Positions 17,664 to 26,093 of a stretch of 45,170 nucleotides of DNA are shown in pieces. A program made the position numbers and the translations under genes. Positions within the stretch are counted from its first letter, which is position 1; each line of letters starts with the position of its first letter. Source of the stretch: an uncultured Selenomonadales bacterium (GTDB taxonomy: Bacteria; Bacillota; Negativicutes; Selenomonadales; Selenomonadaceae); contig CAMNPA010000001.1 in assembly GCA_946547205.1 (NCBI GenBank), positions 1 to 45,170 of the forward strand, written 5' to 3'. The notes beneath the pieces were generated by a model. The model saw nothing but the letters and a program-made list of their open reading frames with translations, did no database searches and was not told the origin of the DNA.

Positions 17664-17699
17664 CAAAAGAGCCGCTCCGACGTTTGGAACGGCTTTTTT
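17664..17699 (-). terminator. Rho-independent terminator closing the RiPP/partner-switching operon (possibly bidirectional)
   Basis: Stem AGCCGUUCC/GGAGCGGCU with a 7-nt loop. It is followed by CUUUUGUUG on the minus strand and by UUUUUUAUUU on the plus strand. It lies about 90 nt downstream of the STAS stop. Confidence 0.55.
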
Positions 17700-17789
17700 A
17701 TTTGCAATGTCAATTGAAGTTCCGCTTTAATTCGGTTGCTTGATTGCCGCGCGATAATTTTCTATCCGAGATGCCGGCGATAAAAACTT

Positions 17790-18122
17790 TCAAGGCAAAT
17801 CTTCCGCCGTTCCATAAATTTTAACGAGCATATCCATTCCCGACGCTTCCAAAACTTCTTTGATCATGCCGCTCGCGCCGAACAGCACAAATTTTTTCTT
17901 GTCACGTTTGGATTTTTTCGCCATACGCAACAAAACTCTGAGTCCCGCGCTCGAAATGTAGTCCATCGCCGTCATATCAATCGCAATGTTTTCGTGCGCC
18001 TGCAGGAATTCGTTGCCGACCTTATCGACTTGCGACGCCGTCACAGTGTCCACGCGCCCGATTATCGAAAATATTGCCCAGTCGTTGTGTGTCGTGCTTT
18101 TAAATTCAAGTTCCTTGCTCAT
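17790..18122 (-). CDS. STAS-domain anti-sigma-factor antagonist (RsbV/SpoIIAA-like)
   Basis: 110 aa. Conserved phospho-serine context DYISSAGLRVLL and the typical length. ATGA overlap with the upstream gene. Confidence 0.9.
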   Translation of the reverse strand: MSKELEFKSTTHNDWAIFSIIGRVDTVTASQVDKVGNEFLQAHENIAIDMTAMDYISSAGLRVLLRMAKKSKRDKKKFVLFGASGMIKEVLEASGMDMLVKIYGTAEDLP

Positions 18123-18307
18123 TCGCTCTCGTCCTCCATAAATTTAAATTTTCTCGCGGCTGATACAGAATCCAATTCCTCTAAGTCAAGTTCACGGTCA
18201 AATTCGCGCCGGGCTTTCCGCACCGATAAAATCCTGCGCAATAATTCTTCGCGAACTCGGCTTAAACTCGCAAAGTTGATTCTTTTTAGTTCTTCCTCGA
18301 CGTTCAT
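18119..18307 (-). CDS. Small charged hypothetical protein (62 aa) between the RsbW-like and STAS genes
   Basis: MNVEEELKRINFASLSRVREELLRRILSVRKARREFDRELDLEELDSVSAARKFKFMEDESE. ATGA overlaps at both ends (18304-18307 and 18119-18122) argue that it is translated. No recognisable domain. Confidence 0.45.
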   Translation of the reverse strand: MNVEEELKRINFASLSRVREELLRRILSVRKARREFDRELDLEELDSVSAARKFKFMEDESE

Positions 18308-18747
18308 GACAAGCCTGCCCTGTCGTCCGAAAGTTTCATGCCCAATTTCAAATGGTTGCAAAATAATTCGCCGTCGCGCCCGAAGTGATACGACATTTCA
18401 TCGAAGATGCGCCGCATAAACGAAATGCCAAGCCCGCCGACTTTCGCCGACTCCAAGTCAGAAGGTTTTTCCTTAATCTCTTCTTTCAAGAGCGGATTAA
18501 ACGGCTCGCCGCTGTCTTTCAGCTCAATGAAGAAATGTTCAGCCTCGCGATACGCACGAATCGAAATTTCTCCGACTTCACTTCCCGTGTAAGCGTAGTT
18601 GATGATGTTCGACGCCGCTTCTTCAAAGCCCAACTCCAAATAAATCTGCTTGTCGTCGGGAACGCCTGCCTTTTCTGCCGACTCCATCACGAAATCCAGC
18701 ATCGAATAATATTCCTCGCGTGTTGCAGGAAATTTTTGCCATTTCAT
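18304..18747 (-). CDS. Anti-sigma regulatory factor-type Ser/Thr kinase (RsbW/SpoIIAB-like, HATPase_c_2)
   Basis: 147 aa. N-box-like EEAASNIINYAY, DSGEPFNP, and the ATP-lid GGLGISFMRRIFDEMSY. Confidence 0.85.
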   Translation of the reverse strand: MKWQKFPATREEYYSMLDFVMESAEKAGVPDDKQIYLELGFEEAASNIINYAYTGSEVGEISIRAYREAEHFFIELKDSGEPFNPLLKEEIKEKPSDLESAKVGGLGISFMRRIFDEMSYHFGRDGELFCNHLKLGMKLSDDRAGLS

Positions 18748-19506
18748 TATATCACCTCGCCGCCGATAGGTTTAGACGCCAACTCACAAAGAATTTCAAG
18801 TTCCGATTTGCCGTCGACTGAAATTTTATCAAGAAATTTATTGACCGCCGCATAAATTTTCGGACGTTCAAGCGGAAAAACTTTTTGGCAGTAGAATTGC
18901 AAGCGACCCGTGCATTTGTCGCCATCGAGCCCGAAAAAAAATTCTCTGCCTGTCCGAGTCAAAATTTCCAAACGTCGCGACTTGTCCGAGTGTGTCCGCC
19001 AAAATTTCGTCGAGTGCGTGATTTTTCATGCCGCCGAACAATCTCAACGTTTCGTAATGCGCCGACTCGTGTCGAAGTCTGATTGCGTGCGATTTTTCCG
19101 ACCAATCTTCCGCCGTCAACGACAATTTTTCTGCGGGAATGTTGCTGTACGGTGCGCGGTTGAGCAAAAGGATTCGGTGCGGCTCGCCGTCAATCGTCGC
19201 CGGTATCGTGAATGCGTTGACTGTCAGCGGTAAAATTTTTTTCTCGCGATTCATCAGCCACGCCGCCAATGTCGTGAAGTCGTCGTGATTTTCCGTGTCG
19301 ATGACGGGCAACTTTCCCGCCAGTGTTTGTGCGAATGAAATTTTTATCGCGCCGCGCAGTTTCAATTCCCTGCCGTAAAGTTCGGACAAAAATTTTATCG
19401 AATCGACTTCGCGCCATTTGACTAAAAATTTTTCGTCGGCAAGCGGCAAACTCGGCAAAATCTTTGGAACGTCGTAGCAGTGCGCCAAATATTCTTCAGC
19501 CGTCAA
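18747..19506 (-). pseudogene. HExxH-motif protein (putative metallopeptidase-like), split into two frames at a T8 run
   Basis: The 212-aa ORF (18868-19506; TTG start overlapping the upstream stop as TTGA) carries LRHESAHYETLRLFGGMKNHALDEILAD. Its reading continues sensibly in the 74-aa ORF frame (18747-18971: ...FFGLDGDKCTGRLQFYCQKVFPLERPKIYAAVNKFLDK...). That second frame ends in a TAATG overlap with the next gene. Removing one T from the T8 run (18934-18941) gives a single ORF of about 252 aa. Confidence 0.6.
18934..18941 (-). repeat. T8 homopolymer (A8 on the plus strand) at the frameshift point
   Basis: Plus strand ccgAAAAAAAAttc. The frame switch between the two ORF halves maps here. 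Confidence 0.9.
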
Positions 19507-21704
19507 TTTTTATCGCCACCGTTCCATTTCAAAGCCAACATCGTAATATCGTCGGACTGTTCGGCGTCGCCCGCGTGAAGTTTTATCGCCTCGCACATAT
19601 TCTCAAGCAAAATTTCAAGCGACTCCGATTTATCTTCGCCGTTCAGGACTTCGAGCAAATGATTTTCGCCAAAAAGTTTGCCCGCAACGTTCATTGCTTC
19701 CGTCACGCCGTCCGTGTACAGGAAAATCATATCGCCCGCCGACAAAACAATTTTCTTCTGCGGAAAAGGCACGTCCTCATCAATGCCGAGCATACAGCTT
19801 TTGCCAACGTCCATGAATTCAAACTTGTTGTCGCGACAGACAAGCGGCGCGTTGTGCCCGCCGTTGACGTAAACGAATTCGCCCGTCTGCAAGTTCAACA
19901 TTCCCATGAAAACCGTCACGAAAAGCATTTCGTCATTGTTTTTGCAGAGCTGTTGATTGGAAAGCGTCATCACTGCGGAAAAGTCGTCGGGATTATTCAT
20001 CGACAGCGCGAAGTTTTGCAGAATCGTTTTTGAATTTGCCATGAACAGCGCGGCAGGAACGCCTTTGCCCGAAACGTCGGCTATCGTGATGACCAAATGA
20101 TTTTCGTCGAGCAGATAGAAATCGTAAAAATCTCCGCCGACTTCTTTTGCCGCGTGCATCGTCGCGAAAATTTCAAAGTCCGTGCGGTCGAAATCAAAAT
20201 CATGCGGCAACATGCTCTGCTGAATATTCGTCGCAACGTTCAATTCGGTCGAAATGCGTTCGTTCTCGGCAGTCTCTTTCGCCAAGTTCGCCATGTAAAT
20301 TTTTAACTCGTCGGTCATTGCATTAAAGCACGTCGCAAGGTGTTCAATCTCGTCGCCCGTGTGAATGTCCAACTTTTTATCGAGATTGCCGCTTGAAATT
20401 TCGCGCACGCCGTCAGCCAGTTGATGAATCGGACTCAAAAATTTATTTGATTCGCGAATGGCGGAACGCAAAACGACAATCAACATGCCGACAATCAGAG
20501 CTGCGGAAAACAGCATTAAAAACATAAAGAGTCGTTCAATGTCGCCTTTGAAGTCGTTCATTTGCTGCATGATTTTATCTGTGGCTGTGCCGGCGGCAAC
20601 ATTAACGCTTTTATCTTCGATTATCCTGCCGAAACTCCAATTTGCAATTTTTATCGGCGCAAACGCTATGTAGTACTTGCCTTTAAAAACTTTGCCGTTC
20701 AATTCCAAGCTCACAACGTCATTTTCCATGTCCGTCATTCGCTTGAAGACCTTCGCCAAGTTTTCATCTTCACAAAGCCGCATATCGTTATCGCCGGCTG
20801 TAAAAATCCCGTCCTTTTCCGACGACATGATAATTTGTCCGTCTTGATTCACGATAACGGTTTTCATATCTTCATTTGAGTCCGAGTCCATCAGAAACTT
20901 GTAAACGTAATTGATCTCTGCACCGATTCCGACGCCGCCAGCAAAATTTCCGTCCGCATCGTGATAAGGATAAGCACCGTACAGAAAATAATTGCCGTCG
21001 ACGAGTTGCGGCTTGGTGAAAAGTCCGTTGCCCGTCTCTTTTATCGTTTGATACCAGCTCAATTTGTTTTGATAGTCGTCCGACAGCGTTACAAAAGTTT
21101 CGTTCGGATTGTAATCGACGCCGATGATATAATCGTTCTCGGAAACTATCATGATGTTGGCATTTTTGCCCGTATAATATTTTTCGGTCTGTGAAATTAT
21201 AAAATCGCCAATGTTCGACTCCAGATAAAGCTCCGCCAAAACTTCGGACGAAACGTCTTCCGCATTTTTATTGAGGAAGTGAGCATAAGCCTTTCCCACA
21301 GGAACTTTTTCATTTTTAGGATTCGGCAGGCGACGCGGAAGGTACTGCGACTTATTTTTTAAAATTGCTTCCATGTCAGCCGCGATGTATTCCACGTCCG
21401 TTGACAGCTCTTCCATTTTTCTATTGATAAGATCGGCGCGTATTTCTACTCTTTCGCGAATGTATGATTCTGTTTGCTCGCGATAAAGTTTTTCCGCCAA
21501 ATATGCCGTCTGTTCGCCCCATTGATAGCCGCGTGCGGTTATTTCAGATTCAATGAAATACAAAAACAGCGGCGCAGTCACCAATATAAAAAGGAACGTC
21601 ACCGCGACGCCTGAAAGTGACAGAAACAAAACACTCCGCCGCAAGCTCTTCTTTCGGAACGTCTTGTTAAGAAAATTTGTATATGCCTTGAGCTTTTCTA
21701 TCAT
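19503..21704 (-). CDS. Membrane sensor PP2C-type serine phosphatase (RsbU/SpoIIE family): TM, Cache-like extracytoplasmic domain, TM, HAMP, PP2C
   Basis: TM1 VLFLSLSGVAVTFLFILVTAPLFLYFI and TM2 LFMFLMLFSAALIVGMLIVVL flank about 330 aa. HAMP: IHQLADGVREISSGNLDKKLDIHTGDEIEHLATCFNAMTDEL. PP2C: ATNIQQSMLP, GGDFYDF, ITIADVSGKGVPAALFMA, NGGHNAPL, LYTDGVTEA, DDITMLAL. The ATG at 21704 lies 13 nt after the rSAM stop. The track start at 21725 is a TTG. Confidence 0.9.
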   Translation of the reverse strand: MIEKLKAYTNFLNKTFRKKSLRRSVLFLSLSGVAVTFLFILVTAPLFLYFIESEITARGYQWGEQTAYLAEKLYREQTESYIRERVEIRADLINRKMEELSTDVEYIAADMEAILKNKSQYLPRRLPNPKNEKVPVGKAYAHFLNKNAEDVSSEVLAELYLESNIGDFIISQTEKYYTGKNANIMIVSENDYIIGVDYNPNETFVTLSDDYQNKLSWYQTIKETGNGLFTKPQLVDGNYFLYGAYPYHDADGNFAGGVGIGAEINYVYKFLMDSDSNEDMKTVIVNQDGQIIMSSEKDGIFTAGDNDMRLCEDENLAKVFKRMTDMENDVVSLELNGKVFKGKYYIAFAPIKIANWSFGRIIEDKSVNVAAGTATDKIMQQMNDFKGDIERLFMFLMLFSAALIVGMLIVVLRSAIRESNKFLSPIHQLADGVREISSGNLDKKLDIHTGDEIEHLATCFNAMTDELKIYMANLAKETAENERISTELNVATNIQQSMLPHDFDFDRTDFEIFATMHAAKEVGGDFYDFYLLDENHLVITIADVSGKGVPAALFMANSKTILQNFALSMNNPDDFSAVMTLSNQQLCKNNDEMLFVTVFMGMLNLQTGEFVYVNGGHNAPLVCRDNKFEFMDVGKSCMLGIDEDVPFPQKKIVLSAGDMIFLYTDGVTEAMNVAGKLFGENHLLEVLNGEDKSESLEILLENMCEAIKLHAGDAEQSDDITMLALKWNGGDKN

Positions 21705-21717
21705 TGAAAATTCCGCC

Positions 21718-23112
21718 TTATGCAACTACTCGTTTCAAACCTAAACTTTTGGCAAGCGCAATGATTTTGTCGTAGTAGCCGCCTTTGAAAAAATTGCACG
21801 TGCTTTTATCAACGCCGAAAAAATCTCCGTCGCCATTGTCGTACATTGCCATTCCGCGACAGCCGCCGCCGCAACGATTTTTATAATCGCAGTCCGCGCA
21901 TTCGGGATGTTTTTTGAAATATTCGCCAAGTCGCGTGGTCATAAGACGCATATACGTTTCGTCGTCCAAAATTTCCTTCAAGCTCTTGTCCGTTATTCGA
22001 GAAAAAAATTTTTTGTTGCCTTGAGCATAATTCATCGGCATACACGGAACTACAGAGCCGTCGCAATCGATCTGCATGTAGTTTCGCGCGTGTCCGCACA
22101 CGCAATGATTGTCGCACTTAAAATTTTCAGCCATTTTGACAATCGGAATTGAATATTCGGTCGTGTCGTAAGCCGCAAACATTCCCGACAAATGCAATGG
22201 TATCGGCGCGCCGTCGGCAATGTATTGCGGAATATATTCAAGGAAAAAATCATCTTGTTCTGCTCGCGTCAAAAGTTTGTCTTGCATGTCGTAAGCCGCG
22301 CCCGCCGCAAAAATTCTTCCAATGCCTACCGAATCGACGCCAAGTTTCGCCAAAAGTTTCACGCTCTCGCGAACAGAGTCAAGGTTGCCTTTGTGCAGGT
22401 CGAAAGATACATGTATGTTAAGATTTCTCTCGTGCAACAGCTTGACCGCCCGATAAAAAGCTTTTTCCGCGCCGTTAAAGCCTCTAAGCCAGTCGTGGCA
22501 ACCGATTCCGTCAAAACTTATTTGAAAGCCCGGACGCCAATTCCGTTTCTCCATCTCGGCAAGAAATTTTTCGTTAATCAGAATTCCGTTGGTGAAAATT
22601 TTTTTGACTCTGATGTCTTTGGCAAACAGCTCGTCGACAATTTCCCAAAAGTCTCTGCGAATTAAAGGCTCGCCGCCAATCAACGACACGCTTTGAACGC
22701 CGCAGTCAGCCATTTGCGCGATGATGTCCATGCATTGCTCGTGCGTGAACTCTTCAACTTTTTGCGGCGACGACGACATATAACAATGTCGACATTTGCA
22801 ATTGCATCTGCCAGTTATCAGCCACGCAATCGCGCGCAAAAATCGGTTGTCGTGAAATTTATACTCCTGAGAACTTTCGAGCGGCGAAATTTTTTCTGTG
22901 GTCTCAACATAACCGTCCGCGATAAATTTTTCAATGATTTTGCGTTGCGTCTCGTCAAACGATTCGCTTGCCGTTTTTCCGTCGCACAACTTGAGCACGT
23001 TATATTTTTTCGTCGGAAAGAAATTGACCTTCCGATTCTCGCGATTAACCACGCCGGTCGGCAAAAGTTTCCAGCCGCGCAACATGTATTCGCTTTTGAG
23101 TCTGTAAAACAT
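21718..23112 (-). CDS. Radical SAM / SPASM-domain peptide maturase
   Basis: Radical SAM cluster motif GRCNCKCRHCY (CxxxCxxC). C-terminal auxiliary-cluster cysteines CDNHCVCGH...DCDGSVVPCMPM...CADCDYKNRCGGGCRGMA. The ATG at 23112 is preceded by AAGGTGA. An alternative ATG at 23184 overlaps the precursor stop (ATGA). Confidence 0.9.
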   Translation of the reverse strand: MFYRLKSEYMLRGWKLLPTGVVNRENRKVNFFPTKKYNVLKLCDGKTASESFDETQRKIIEKFIADGYVETTEKISPLESSQEYKFHDNRFLRAIAWLITGRCNCKCRHCYMSSSPQKVEEFTHEQCMDIIAQMADCGVQSVSLIGGEPLIRRDFWEIVDELFAKDIRVKKIFTNGILINEKFLAEMEKRNWRPGFQISFDGIGCHDWLRGFNGAEKAFYRAVKLLHERNLNIHVSFDLHKGNLDSVRESVKLLAKLGVDSVGIGRIFAAGAAYDMQDKLLTRAEQDDFFLEYIPQYIADGAPIPLHLSGMFAAYDTTEYSIPIVKMAENFKCDNHCVCGHARNYMQIDCDGSVVPCMPMNYAQGNKKFFSRITDKSLKEILDDETYMRLMTTRLGEYFKKHPECADCDYKNRCGGGCRGMAMYDNGDGDFFGVDKSTCNFFKGGYYDKIIALAKSLGLKRVVA

Positions 23113-23180
23113 TTCTTCACCTTGTCTGAAAAAAAAGGCAGGACTATTATTAATCCCGCCAAACAAATTTCTTTTTTTCG

Positions 23181-23477
23181 TCATTTGTTAAGATGTGGTG
23201 CACGGTTAGGATCACAGTCTCCGCCTTTGCCGCCTGCGACAGCTTCGAGTTCGTCGGCAGAAATTTCGCCTTCCTCGTCAGCATCTTGAGCCGCGAAATA
23301 AGCTTTTGCCTCGTCGAGAGAAATGTTGATGCCGAGTGTTTTGGCAAGTTCGCCGAGTTGAAGGATCTGCTCATCTGTCGCGTCCTCAACAGGAGTTTTG
23401 CCGATAATCTTTTTGACTTCAGCCCTGACCGCGTCGTCGCTCATAGCTCTCGTGTAGAATTCCTGAAACTTATCCAT
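23181..23477 (-). CDS. RiPP precursor peptide with Nif11-type leader and double-glycine cleavage site; predicted core KGGDCDPNRAPHLNK
   Basis: 98 aa. Leader MDKFQEFYTRAMSDDAVRAEVKKI...ILQLGELAKTLGINISLDEAKAYF resembles the Nif11 N-terminal domain. ISADELEAVAGG fits the double-Gly consensus (hydrophobic at -12, -7 and -4; E at -8; GG at -2 and -1). RBS GGAGG lies 9 nt before the ATG. Confidence 0.85.
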   Translation of the reverse strand: MDKFQEFYTRAMSDDAVRAEVKKIIGKTPVEDATDEQILQLGELAKTLGINISLDEAKAYFAAQDADEEGEISADELEAVAGGKGGDCDPNRAPHLNK

Positions 23478-23641
23478 AGTGAATACCTCCGTTAAATTTT
23501 TGTTGCTGTCGATTCAGCTTGTCCCTTGCGGCTCAAATTTTTACTTCCTAATCATATATACGCTCGAAAACGCAAACCGTTAGGGCTTCCGAAAAAAAAA
23601 TTTTTCGCGCCGAATTCGGTTGAGCCTCGCCGCCATTTTAC

Positions 23642-23669
23642 TTGACACAGAAAAAATTTCAACTAAAAT
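23642..23669 (+). promoter_or_regulatory. Near-consensus sigma70-type promoter for the GNAT-ACP-KS arm
   Basis: TTGACA (23642-23647), 16-nt spacer, TAAAAT (23664-23669), about 18 nt upstream of the ATG at 23687. It sits in the ~210-bp divergent region shared with the precursor gene. Confidence 0.5.
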
Positions 23670-23686
23670 TTACGCGGGTGATCATC

Positions 23687-24595
23687 ATGCGAAAAATAAT
23701 CAACGCTGCGTATCAAGATTATACTTTCTTGTTTCGGGACAGTCGCACGACTTATTCCGACTTGTGCGTAAAAAAATCTGCCGCCGAAAAAAATTTTTAC
23801 ATCATGATTGAAGACAATTTTCCTGCGGGCTATATCTGCGCGAGCTCTGAACGAAATATTCTTTATGTTAATTACGCGTACACCGTGCCGGAAAAAAGAA
23901 GTCGCGGGATTTTTACTTCGCTGCTGAAATTTCTGACCGAGCTTGAGGAAAATTCTGCAGTTATGGTTCAAAGCCCGGCTGCCGATAAAAAATATTCAAA
24001 GACCGTCGCCGATATCTGTGAAACGCTTGGCTTTCAAAAAAATTCCGTCTGCAGAACATCTTGCTCCGATTGGAACTGTCTTCGCGAGTGGAAAGAAATT
24101 TTTTTCGATAAGTTCATGGCGGACAAGGGCAATAAATATCTCGAATTCTTTGCGCGGCGTGATTTTAAAATTTTGTCATTTGCAGACGCGTCGTCGGAGC
24201 ATTTGGAGCAGCTCTATCATTCGCATGAAAATTATTTCGGCAATACCTTCGACGTGAGAAAATATTTCGACGGCTACGACAAAAATCTTGTAGACAATGA
24301 CTTGAGCTTTGTCGCCGTTAAAAATGACGAAGTCGCCGCGTACTTTCTGACACTCGCGGTCAATAAAAATAATCTTATCGCCGAACAAACTGCAGTCGCA
24401 AAAAAATATCTCGGCAGCGGCTTGATGTTCGTTTTGCTGAATGAATTCGTTCAGAAACTTTACGCTCGCCGGTGCGATAAACTTGCCTTTGCCGTTTACG
24501 AAGACAATTTCGCCGCGATTAAGTTCTACGATAAAATTACCGGGCAGCTCAAAACTTCGCACGGATATATTTGCAAATTCCTGTTGAAAAAATGA
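23687..24595 (+). CDS. Tandem GNAT-fold acyl/acetyltransferase (candidate peptide lipid transferase)
   Basis: Two GNAT-like halves. The first has VPEKRSRGIFTSLLKFL ... ICETLGF. The second has VAKKYLGSGLMFVLLNEFVQKL ... VYEDNFAAIKFYDKITG (acyl-CoA pocket R/QxxGxG/A and N..A..FY.K.G patterns). ATG at 23687. The track start at 23642 is the TTG of the -35 box. Confidence 0.6.
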   Translation: MRKIINAAYQDYTFLFRDSRTTYSDLCVKKSAAEKNFYIMIEDNFPAGYICASSERNILYVNYAYTVPEKRSRGIFTSLLKFLTELEENSAVMVQSPAADKKYSKTVADICETLGFQKNSVCRTSCSDWNCLREWKEIFFDKFMADKGNKYLEFFARRDFKILSFADASSEHLEQLYHSHENYFGNTFDVRKYFDGYDKNLVDNDLSFVAVKNDEVAAYFLTLAVNKNNLIAEQTAVAKKYLGSGLMFVLLNEFVQKLYARRCDKLAFAVYEDNFAAIKFYDKITGQLKTSHGYICKFLLKK

Positions 24596-24609
24596 TTGGA
24601 GGAACCTTC

Positions 24610-24882
24610 ATGACGAATCTTGAACAAAAAATTTTTGACAAGCTGATTGAGCGGCTGAACATTGCGCCGAGCGAACTTGAAGGCGTCGACGAAAATTCAC
24701 CGCTCTTTGAAGGCGAGACCGACGAACCGTCATTTAATCTGGATTCTCTCGACAGCCTGGAACTGATTTTTCTGATTGAAAGCGAATTCGGCTTTGAAGT
24801 GCCCGCAGAAGATATGAGCAAGTTCACGACGATAAAAGCAGTCGCGCAATACGTCGACGAACATTTGAGGGCAGGCAAATGA
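24610..24882 (+). CDS. Acyl carrier protein
   Basis: 90 aa. Phosphopantetheine-attachment motif FNLDSLDSLELIFLIESEFG. RBS GGAGG lies 7 nt before the ATG at 24610. Confidence 0.85.
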   Translation: MTNLEQKIFDKLIERLNIAPSELEGVDENSPLFEGETDEPSFNLDSLDSLELIFLIESEFGFEVPAEDMSKFTTIKAVAQYVDEHLRAGK

Positions 24883-26090
24883 ATCGCGCGGTAATTACCG
24901 GGATCGGTCTGATTTGTTCCAACGCCGAAAACAAAAAAGAATTCGCCGAAACATGTTTCAGCGGACGAGTCGGAATGAAAGAATGCAAAACTTTCACGAC
25001 CGCAGGGCTGACCACGCCTTTTTTCGGCGAAACCTGCGATAAATATTCTCTTGACGCGCCGTATGATAAAAATTCGCTCACTGACAACCGATATTATTGC
25101 ATGTTGGAAAAATCTCTGCGCGAAATGATGACTGACGCCGACATTGACAGAGATTATGTAAGTTCGCTCGGAAAGAGTTGCCGAATGTTTTTCGGGACGT
25201 TCATTTACACTGCCGAAGCCAGAAATTTGCGCCGCAGAGCACGAAAAATCGGCGAAGTTGATAATTCAATCGCTTTTGTCAATGATTATTCCGCCTTCGC
25301 AAAAAAAATTGTCGGCGTCAAAGGCACGGTCACGACGGTTACAACGGCTTGCTCTTCGTCCTCGGCGGCGGTCGGCATGACTTTTGATTATATTCGCCAC
25401 GGCATTTGCGATTGCGCGATCGTTGTCGGCGTGGACAATCTTTCCATTGATGATGCATACGGTTTTCACGCGTTGAGACTTTTGAGCAACGGCATTTGCA
25501 ATCCTTTCGACAAAAATCGCGACGGAATTAACATCGGCGAAGGCTCTGTCGCATTTTTTATTGAATCATTGGAGCACGCGAAGGCTCGGCAGGCGAAAAT
25601 TTATTGCGAATTGGTCGGCTACGCTCTTGGAAACGACGCTTATCACATAGTCAGTCCCGAACCTTCGGGCAAATCGGCTTGCAATGTGATGAAAAATGCT
25701 CTTGACGACGCCAAAATCTCAATTTCCGCCGTGGATTACATTAACGCGCACGGAACGGGAACAATTTTAAATGACTCTATGGAATTGAAGGCGATTGAAA
25801 AATTAATGGCTGATACCGACAAAAAAATTTGGGTGTCTTCCACAAAATCGATGATCGGGCATTGCATGGGCGCGGCGGGCGCGATTGAAATTGCGAGCGT
25901 TATCCTGTCGATGAATCACAAAAAATATATTCCGATGCCGAACTTGAAAAATCCTATTGAACACAGCGAAAAAATTTGCATGTCGAGTGAAACTTTTCCG
26001 CTTGAGATAAATTACGCGCTCTCAAATAATTTTGCGTTCGCCGGAAACAATTCCGCATTGGTTCTGAAAAATTTCAAGGACGGAGATTAA
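24879..26090 (+). CDS. Beta-ketoacyl-ACP synthase (KAS I/II-like, Cys-His-His)
   Basis: Active-site Cys in VTTACSSSSAAVG. His in NAHGTGT and STKSMIGHCMGAAGAIE. ATGA overlap with the ACP stop. Confidence 0.9.
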   Translation: MNRAVITGIGLICSNAENKKEFAETCFSGRVGMKECKTFTTAGLTTPFFGETCDKYSLDAPYDKNSLTDNRYYCMLEKSLREMMTDADIDRDYVSSLGKSCRMFFGTFIYTAEARNLRRRARKIGEVDNSIAFVNDYSAFAKKIVGVKGTVTTVTTACSSSSAAVGMTFDYIRHGICDCAIVVGVDNLSIDDAYGFHALRLLSNGICNPFDKNRDGINIGEGSVAFFIESLEHAKARQAKIYCELVGYALGNDAYHIVSPEPSGKSACNVMKNALDDAKISISAVDYINAHGTGTILNDSMELKAIEKLMADTDKKIWVSSTKSMIGHCMGAAGAIEIASVILSMNHKKYIPMPNLKNPIEHSEKICMSSETFPLEINYALSNNFAFAGNNSALVLKNFKDGD

Positions 26091-26093
26091 TTT

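Noticed and set aside
23113-23184. Longer start (ATG 23184, ATGA overlap with the precursor stop) for the radical SAM gene
   Set aside because: Not excluded. However, the extra 24 residues (MTKKRNLFGGINNSPAFFFRQGEE) look non-native, and the ATG at 23112 has a strong AAGGTGA RBS. I kept the shorter model.
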